Assembly: GCA_041496385.1 (NCBI GenBank)
Contig: JBGQEL010000015.1
Coordinates: 1-64,000 of the forward strand
Direction: 5' to 3'
Length of the DNA: 64,000 nt
Source: Candidatus Methylomirabilia bacterium
GTDB lineage: Bacteria; Methylomirabilota; Methylomirabilia; Rokubacteriales; CSP1-6
Below the pieces are notes generated by a model that was not told the origin of the DNA, made no database searches, and worked only from the letters and a program-made list of their open reading frames with translations. The translations under genes and the position numbers were made by a program. How positions within the stretch are numbered: the first letter of the stretch is position 1; each line of letters starts with the position of its first letter. Shown here piece after piece: positions 59,376 to 64,000 of this stretch.

Positions 59376-60515
59376 ATGGATTTCGGGTTCAGCCAGGAAC
59401 AGGAGATGCTCCGCGCGACCGCGCGGAAGTTCATGGAGAACGAGTGCGCGTCCACGTTCGTGCGCGCGCGCATGGAAGAGCCGGCGGGCGTCACCGACGA
59501 CTTCTGGGCGAAGCTGGCCGAGCAGGGCTGGCTGGGCCTCATCTTTCCGGAGGAGTACGGCGGCAGCGGTCTCGGCTTCGTGGACCTCACCGTGCTCATG
59601 GAGGAGATGGGGCGGTGCGTGATGCCCGGGCCGTTCTTCTCCACGGTGCTTCTGGGCGGGCTCGCGATCCTCGAGGCCGGGTCGCCCGAGCAGAAGAAGG
59701 AGTGGCTCGGCAAGATCGGGGCGGGCGAGGCCAAGATAACGCTCGCGCTCACGGAGCCGAACGCGCGCTGGGACGCCGCCGGCGTCACGGCGACCGCGCG
59801 CGAGGAGCGGGGCGGGTTCGTCCTCAACGGCACGAAGCTCTTCGTGCCCGACGCGCACCTGGCCGACGCGCTCGTGGTCGCGGCGCGTACGGCGGAGGGC
59901 CGGACGCCGGAGGACGGCGTGAGTCTCTTCCTCGTGCCGAAGGGCACCCGGGGGGTCGAGGTCACGCTCCTGCCGACGATGGATCAGACGCGGAAGCTCT
60001 GCGAGGTGGGGCTGAAGGACGTTGTCGTGCCCGCTGCCGCGCTCCTCGGCCCGAAGGGCGGCGCGTGGCCCGCCCTCGTGCGCGTGCTCCAGCGGGCCAC
60101 GGTCATGCTCTGCGCCGAGATGTGCGGCGGCGCCCAGAAGGTCCTCGAGATGACGACCGACTACGCGAAGATCCGCATCGCGTTCGGCAAGCCCATCGGC
60201 ACCTATCAGGGTGTGAAGCACAAGGCCGCCGACATGCTCGTCGACGTCGAGAACGCCAAGTCGCTGACCTACTACGCGGCGTGGGCGGCCGACGAGAACG
60301 CGCCCGAGGCGGCGCTCGCGGCCTCGATGGCGAAGGCCTACGCCTCCGACGCGTACCGGAAGGTGTCGTCGACCGGGATCCAACTCCACGGCGGCATCGG
60401 CTTCACCTGGGAGCACGACCTGCACCTCTACTTCAAGCGCGCGAAGGCGTCGGAGTTCACCTTTGGCGACGCGACCTATCACCGGGAACGGGTCGCCCAG
60501 CTCATCAACCTCTAG
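59376..60515 (+). CDS. acyl-CoA dehydrogenase (likely partner subunit)
   Basis: LNGTK, FGKPIGTYQ, QLHGGIGFTWEH. Confidence 0.95.
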   Translation: MDFGFSQEQEMLRATARKFMENECASTFVRARMEEPAGVTDDFWAKLAEQGWLGLIFPEEYGGSGLGFVDLTVLMEEMGRCVMPGPFFSTVLLGGLAILEAGSPEQKKEWLGKIGAGEAKITLALTEPNARWDAAGVTATAREERGGFVLNGTKLFVPDAHLADALVVAARTAEGRTPEDGVSLFLVPKGTRGVEVTLLPTMDQTRKLCEVGLKDVVVPAAALLGPKGGAWPALVRVLQRATVMLCAEMCGGAQKVLEMTTDYAKIRIAFGKPIGTYQGVKHKAADMLVDVENAKSLTYYAAWAADENAPEAALAASMAKAYASDAYRKVSSTGIQLHGGIGFTWEHDLHLYFKRAKASEFTFGDATYHRERVAQLINL

Positions 60516-60522
60516 CGGGTCC

Positions 60523-61347
60523 GTGAGCGATTCCGCCGCGCCCGTCGAGCCCAAGCCGGCGGCGTCCGTCGTGCTCGTGCGGGCGGCGGCGCCGCGCGCG
60601 CCCGAGCCGCTCGAGGTCTACATGATCCGGCGGAACCGCGGCATGAAGTTCCTCGGCGGCTTCTACGCCTTCCCGGGCGGCAAGGTGGACCCTGAGGACA
60701 CGGCGCCCGACGCGCTCGCCTCCTGCCACGGGCTCGCGCCGGCGGACGCCCAGGCGCTCTTCGGGGATCTCGACGGCTCACCGGCGCTCGCCTTCTGGGT
60801 GACGGCGGTTCGCGAGCTGCTCGAGGAGAGCGGCATCATGCTCGCCTGCGACGCGGCGGGTCGCGCGCTCCGCGCGCGGGATCCGCGGAGCGGCGAGGCG
60901 ATCGAGCGGTGCCGGAAGGCGCTGATGGCGGGCGAGGCTCCCTTTGCCGAGCTCGTCGCCCGCGAGGGCTGGCGCCTCGACGTCGCGGGCCTCCGCTACC
61001 TCTCGCACTTCGTCACGCCGCGCGCGAGCCCCATCCGCTTCACGGCGCGCTTCTTCCTCGGCCGCGTGCCCGCGGACCAGGAGCCGCGGCTCTTCACGGA
61101 GGAGACGTCGGAGGGATTCTGGATCCATCCGGGCGAAGGCTACCGTCGCTTCCTCGCGGGGGAGATGAAGATGGCCGAGCCCGCCGAGTATGGCTTGGCC
61201 TACCTCGCGCAGTTTGCCTCGCTCGACGATCTCTGGGCCGCGCACGAGGACGGTCGCCACAAGTTCCACGGGATCGTCGACCGGATCGACGCGTTCTGGG
61301 ACGGATTCGACTGGAAGCAGAATCGGTTTCCGTCGAAATCTCTTTAG
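60523..61347 (+). CDS. NUDIX hydrolase, C-terminus altered by integration
   Basis: FPGGKVD..AVRELLEESG Nudix box, HFVTP, RFTARFF; attL lies in the last codons. Confidence 0.9.
   Translation: MSDSAAPVEPKPAASVVLVRAAAPRAPEPLEVYMIRRNRGMKFLGGFYAFPGGKVDPEDTAPDALASCHGLAPADAQALFGDLDGSPALAFWVTAVRELLEESGIMLACDAAGRALRARDPRSGEAIERCRKALMAGEAPFAELVAREGWRLDVAGLRYLSHFVTPRASPIRFTARFFLGRVPADQEPRLFTEETSEGFWIHPGEGYRRFLAGEMKMAEPAEYGLAYLAQFASLDDLWAAHEDGRHKFHGIVDRIDAFWDGFDWKQNRFPSKSL
61311..61332 (+). repeat. attL core
   Basis: CTGGAAGCAGAATCGGTTTCCG, identical to 63816-63837. Confidence 0.9.
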
Positions 61348-61368
61348 TTCCTCAGAGGTACCACGCAT

Positions 61369-61391
61369 CGCTCTAGACTTGCTCTAGACTT
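61369..61391 (+). repeat. tandem CTCTAGACTT repeats (putative integrase arm sites, left)
   Basis: CGCTCTAGACTT-GCTCTAGACTT; the same pair recurs at 63707-63730. Confidence 0.7.
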
Positions 61392-61543
61392 TTCGCGGAA
61401 AACTCGAGGGAAAATCTCAGGGGTCAAAACGGTCTGGTCAGCTGATTGCTGACCGATAGAGTCGGTACTTCTTCCTTTTTGTTGGGCACGCTGGTCGCGT
61501 CGCGGCTTTCTGCTAGACTCGCCGCCAACCATCCTCCACCGAG

Positions 61544-62527
61544 GTGCTCATGCGGCTGATCGGGCTCGTGGTCGTTATGACCCTCAACCTATTGCTTGCC
61601 CCGCTCGCCGTCGACGCGCAGCCTTCGGAGAGGGTTTATCGAATCGGCATGCTCGAGCGGACGTCGAAGACTCTCAATGCGGCCAGCCTTAATGGCTTTC
61701 TCCGGGGCATGCAGGAGCTCGGTTACGTGGAGGGGAAGCACTTCGTCATCGAGTATCGATCCGCCGACGGACTGGACGAGCGGTTTCCGGAGCTGGCGGC
61801 CGACTTGGTTCGGGTCAAGGTGGACCTGATCGTAACGCGGGGGACGCAGGCGATTCTGGCGACCAAGAATGCTACGAACACGATTCCCATCGTCATCACG
61901 GGAGCGGGCGACCCCATCGCGCAGGGCATCGTGGCGAGTCTCGCCCGCCCCGGCGGGAACATCACAGGTCTGAACCCGATGGTCACAGAGCTGTATCCGA
62001 AACGTGTTGAGCTTCTCCGCGCGCTGGTTCCGAAAGCCGTTCGGATCGCGGCCCTGTGCAACATGAGTAGCCCGGCCGTGCCGCCTGCGTGGAAAGAGGT
62101 TGAGCGCGCGGCGCGATCCCTGGGCATCGAAGCCCAGCTCTTCGACGTTCGGAAGACTGGAGATCTGGGGCCCGCGTTCGAGGGAGCGGTCAAGCAGCGT
62201 GCCGATGGGCTCGTCGTCGCGCTCGACACCCTCACCCAGGCGAATCGCCAGCTCATCGTCGAGCTCGCTGGAAAGCATCGGCTGCCGGCGGTCTACGCAT
62301 CTTCCGAGTTCTTTGGGGGCCTAGTGACCTACGGGGGGAACTATGCCGACGTCTATCGTCGGGCGGCGGCCTTCGTCGACAAGATTTTCAAGGGCGCCAA
62401 GCCCGCCGACATCCCCATGCAGCAGCCCACGCAGTTTGAGCTGGTAGTCAATCTCAAAACCGCCAAAGCGCTCGGTCTTACGATCCCCCCATCGCTGTTG
62501 CTGCAAGCGGATCACGTGATTCAGTAG
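61544..62527 (+). CDS. orphan ABC substrate-binding protein (COG2984/ABC_sub_bind-like)
   Basis: Signal peptide; GYVEG, DPIAQGIVASLARPGGNITG, GAKPADIPMQQPTQFELVVNLKTAKALGL. Confidence 0.9.
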   Translation: MLMRLIGLVVVMTLNLLLAPLAVDAQPSERVYRIGMLERTSKTLNAASLNGFLRGMQELGYVEGKHFVIEYRSADGLDERFPELAADLVRVKVDLIVTRGTQAILATKNATNTIPIVITGAGDPIAQGIVASLARPGGNITGLNPMVTELYPKRVELLRALVPKAVRIAALCNMSSPAVPPAWKEVERAARSLGIEAQLFDVRKTGDLGPAFEGAVKQRADGLVVALDTLTQANRQLIVELAGKHRLPAVYASSEFFGGLVTYGGNYADVYRRAAAFVDKIFKGAKPADIPMQQPTQFELVVNLKTAKALGLTIPPSLLLQADHVIQ

Positions 62528-62597
62528 CACCCGCTAGCCTCGTGACAAGTTGTTCGCCAAACGGTCGGCCAGCGTGAGTCGCTGACCGAGTGAAGCG

Positions 62598-63680
62598 TTA
62601 CTTCTCGGAGGGCAGGGTGTCGAGGTACTGCTGCGTCCGACGCATCGCGGCGCGGAGGTCCGCGTCATCCACGATGTTGTAGCGCCGGTGCATGCTCTCG
62701 GTCTTGTGTCCGGTGATCTGCATGGCCACATGACGCGAGACGCCGGCCCGGTCCATGTTGCGCGCCGCGCTGCGGCGCAGGTCGTGAAACACTCGCCCCT
62801 CGAGTCCGGCCGCCTTACACGCGCGACGCCAGACCACGGAGATGTCATCGAAGGGCCGCCCATGCGATTTGGTGCCGTCAGCCCTGACGAACACGTAGGG
62901 CGAATCGTGCCCTTTCAGAACGCGCTCGGCCCGCGCGATGGACTGACGCTTGATGATCGCGGCCAGCGCGCCCTCTAGCGCCATGGTGCGCGCCTGCTTG
63001 TTCTTCGACTTGCGCCATGAGAGACGGATCGTGCGGGCCTCGGCGTCCACGTCGTCCCACCGCAGGGAGGCGATCTCACCCTTTCTCCAACCGGTGTAGA
63101 AGCCGAACCAGACGAAGTCCGCCACCTCCGGGGGCAGATGCTTGACCACTGATTCGACCTCGACCCGGGAGAAGAAGCCTTCTCGCACGTTCTCGGGCAA
63201 GGGCTGCACCCGAGGGACCGGGAGGCGATGCTCTTCCAGAAACCCCCGGATCGCGCGGCGCAGCAGGGCCAGCTCGCGATTGATGGTGCCGCCCGCCGCG
63301 CCCTGGCGCTTGCGGGTCATCTGATAGTTGGTCAGGTCCTTGGCTCTGAGGTCGCTGACGCGCATGTCGCCCAGGACCGCGTTGACCTGTTTGAGGTGTG
63401 AGGTGATGCCCTTGATCGAGTGTCGGTCCTTCAACACGTAGTCGGCCTTGAGCGCCTCGGTCAACGACGAGATCGTCGCCCGTCTCGATTCGGCCCCGGG
63501 CAACTGCACCAGGCCCGCCTTCGCCGCCTCGATCTCGGCGCGTTTCTGCTTGAGGATCTCGCGCGCCTTGGTGACGTCGGTGGTCTTGGTCGACTCGCAG
63601 CGGTAGTCACCCTGGAACGAGTACGAGATCCACCAGTACTTCGAGTTCCTGAACTTGAACAGCCCGCGTGTCTTCTTCAC
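62598..63680 (-). CDS. tyrosine recombinase/integrase
   Basis: N-terminal arm-binding-like WWISY..EST; catalytic TGWRKGE, HDLRR, TGH, RRY. Confidence 0.95.
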   Translation of the reverse strand: MKKTRGLFKFRNSKYWWISYSFQGDYRCESTKTTDVTKAREILKQKRAEIEAAKAGLVQLPGAESRRATISSLTEALKADYVLKDRHSIKGITSHLKQVNAVLGDMRVSDLRAKDLTNYQMTRKRQGAAGGTINRELALLRRAIRGFLEEHRLPVPRVQPLPENVREGFFSRVEVESVVKHLPPEVADFVWFGFYTGWRKGEIASLRWDDVDAEARTIRLSWRKSKNKQARTMALEGALAAIIKRQSIARAERVLKGHDSPYVFVRADGTKSHGRPFDDISVVWRRACKAAGLEGRVFHDLRRSAARNMDRAGVSRHVAMQITGHKTESMHRRYNIVDDADLRAAMRRTQQYLDTLPSEK

Positions 63681-63706
63681 CGGTCGTCCGCCTCTCTTTC
63701 CGGAAC

Positions 63707-63730
63707 CGCTCTAGACTTCTCTCTAGACTT
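63707..63730 (+). repeat. tandem CTCTAGACTT repeats (putative integrase arm sites, right)
   Basis: CGCTCTAGACTT-CT-CTCTAGACTT; a partial copy TAGACTT lies at 63784-63790. Confidence 0.7.
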
Positions 63731-63815
63731 CTTGACCCCCACTCCACCCAAAGCAGACCAACAACCCCGGGGCTAACTCCGCGTAGACTTGGTTGGTCAT
63801 GGTGCTGAGGTACTT

Positions 63816-63837
63816 CTGGAAGCAGAATCGGTTTCCG
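63816..63837 (+). repeat. attR core followed by the displaced NUDIX end
   Basis: Identical 22-mer followed by CTC TAG, giving the presumed original end WKQNRFPL*. Confidence 0.9.
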
Positions 63838-64000
63838 CTCTAGCTGCCTGAGAGCAAGAAACGATCGGCCGAATGCCCGGAAGCCGGTGCTGGCGAGCAC
63901 GTGAAAGAGAAGAGGGCCGGCGGTGAACCGGCCCTCGGTCTCCCGACCTTGGTGGTCGCTCGGGTGAGCGACGCGAAGCCTACCGCCGCACGCTCGTCGG

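Larger units (their letters stand above)
61311..63837. mobile_element. minimal integrative element (tyrosine integrase plus one cargo gene)
   Basis: Exact 22-bp direct repeats at both ends; intact integrase next to attR; lower GC inside. Confidence 0.88.

Noticed and set aside
63912..63936. Hairpin GAGGGCCGG-CGGTGAA-CCGGCCCTC after attR
   Set aside because: An ordinary short stem, plausibly a terminator; it lacks the conserved loop of the intragenic elements.

Overview
Very GC-rich bacterial chromosome segment. Gene content and codon style suggest Candidatus Rokubacteria/Methylomirabilota, which is an inference. It is mostly housekeeping genes on the minus strand: fmt(partial), def-priA-udg-coaBC-rpoZ-gmk-remA-yicC, a pyrR-pyrB-pyrC-carA-carB-pyrF-pyrE operon, xth, an FdrA/DUF1116 (AllF/AllG-like) cluster, lpxC-DUF4390-ntrY-ntrX, lepA-lepB-hemW-hrcA-grpE-dnaJ-prmA-rsmE-archease, nucleotide-sugar genes and a caa3-type oxidase. 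The plus strand carries an ABC transporter, a multi-GAF two-component pair, paired acyl-CoA dehydrogenases and a NUDIX gene. There are three accessory tracts: a lower-GC two-gene island splitting def from fmt; a decayed chromate-resistance-like/DUF1259/YncE/YqeB block; and a complete ~2.5 kb tyrosine-integrase element bounded by 22-bp direct repeats, inserted in the NUDIX 3' end and carrying only an orphan substrate-binding protein. The most unusual sub-gene signals are two ~80-bp palindromic elements sharing an identical 17-nt loop core inside the coding regions of rsmE and ctaD, and a sharply bounded synonymously A/T-recoded patch in a conserved carB motif. No rRNA, tRNA or CRISPR array was seen.
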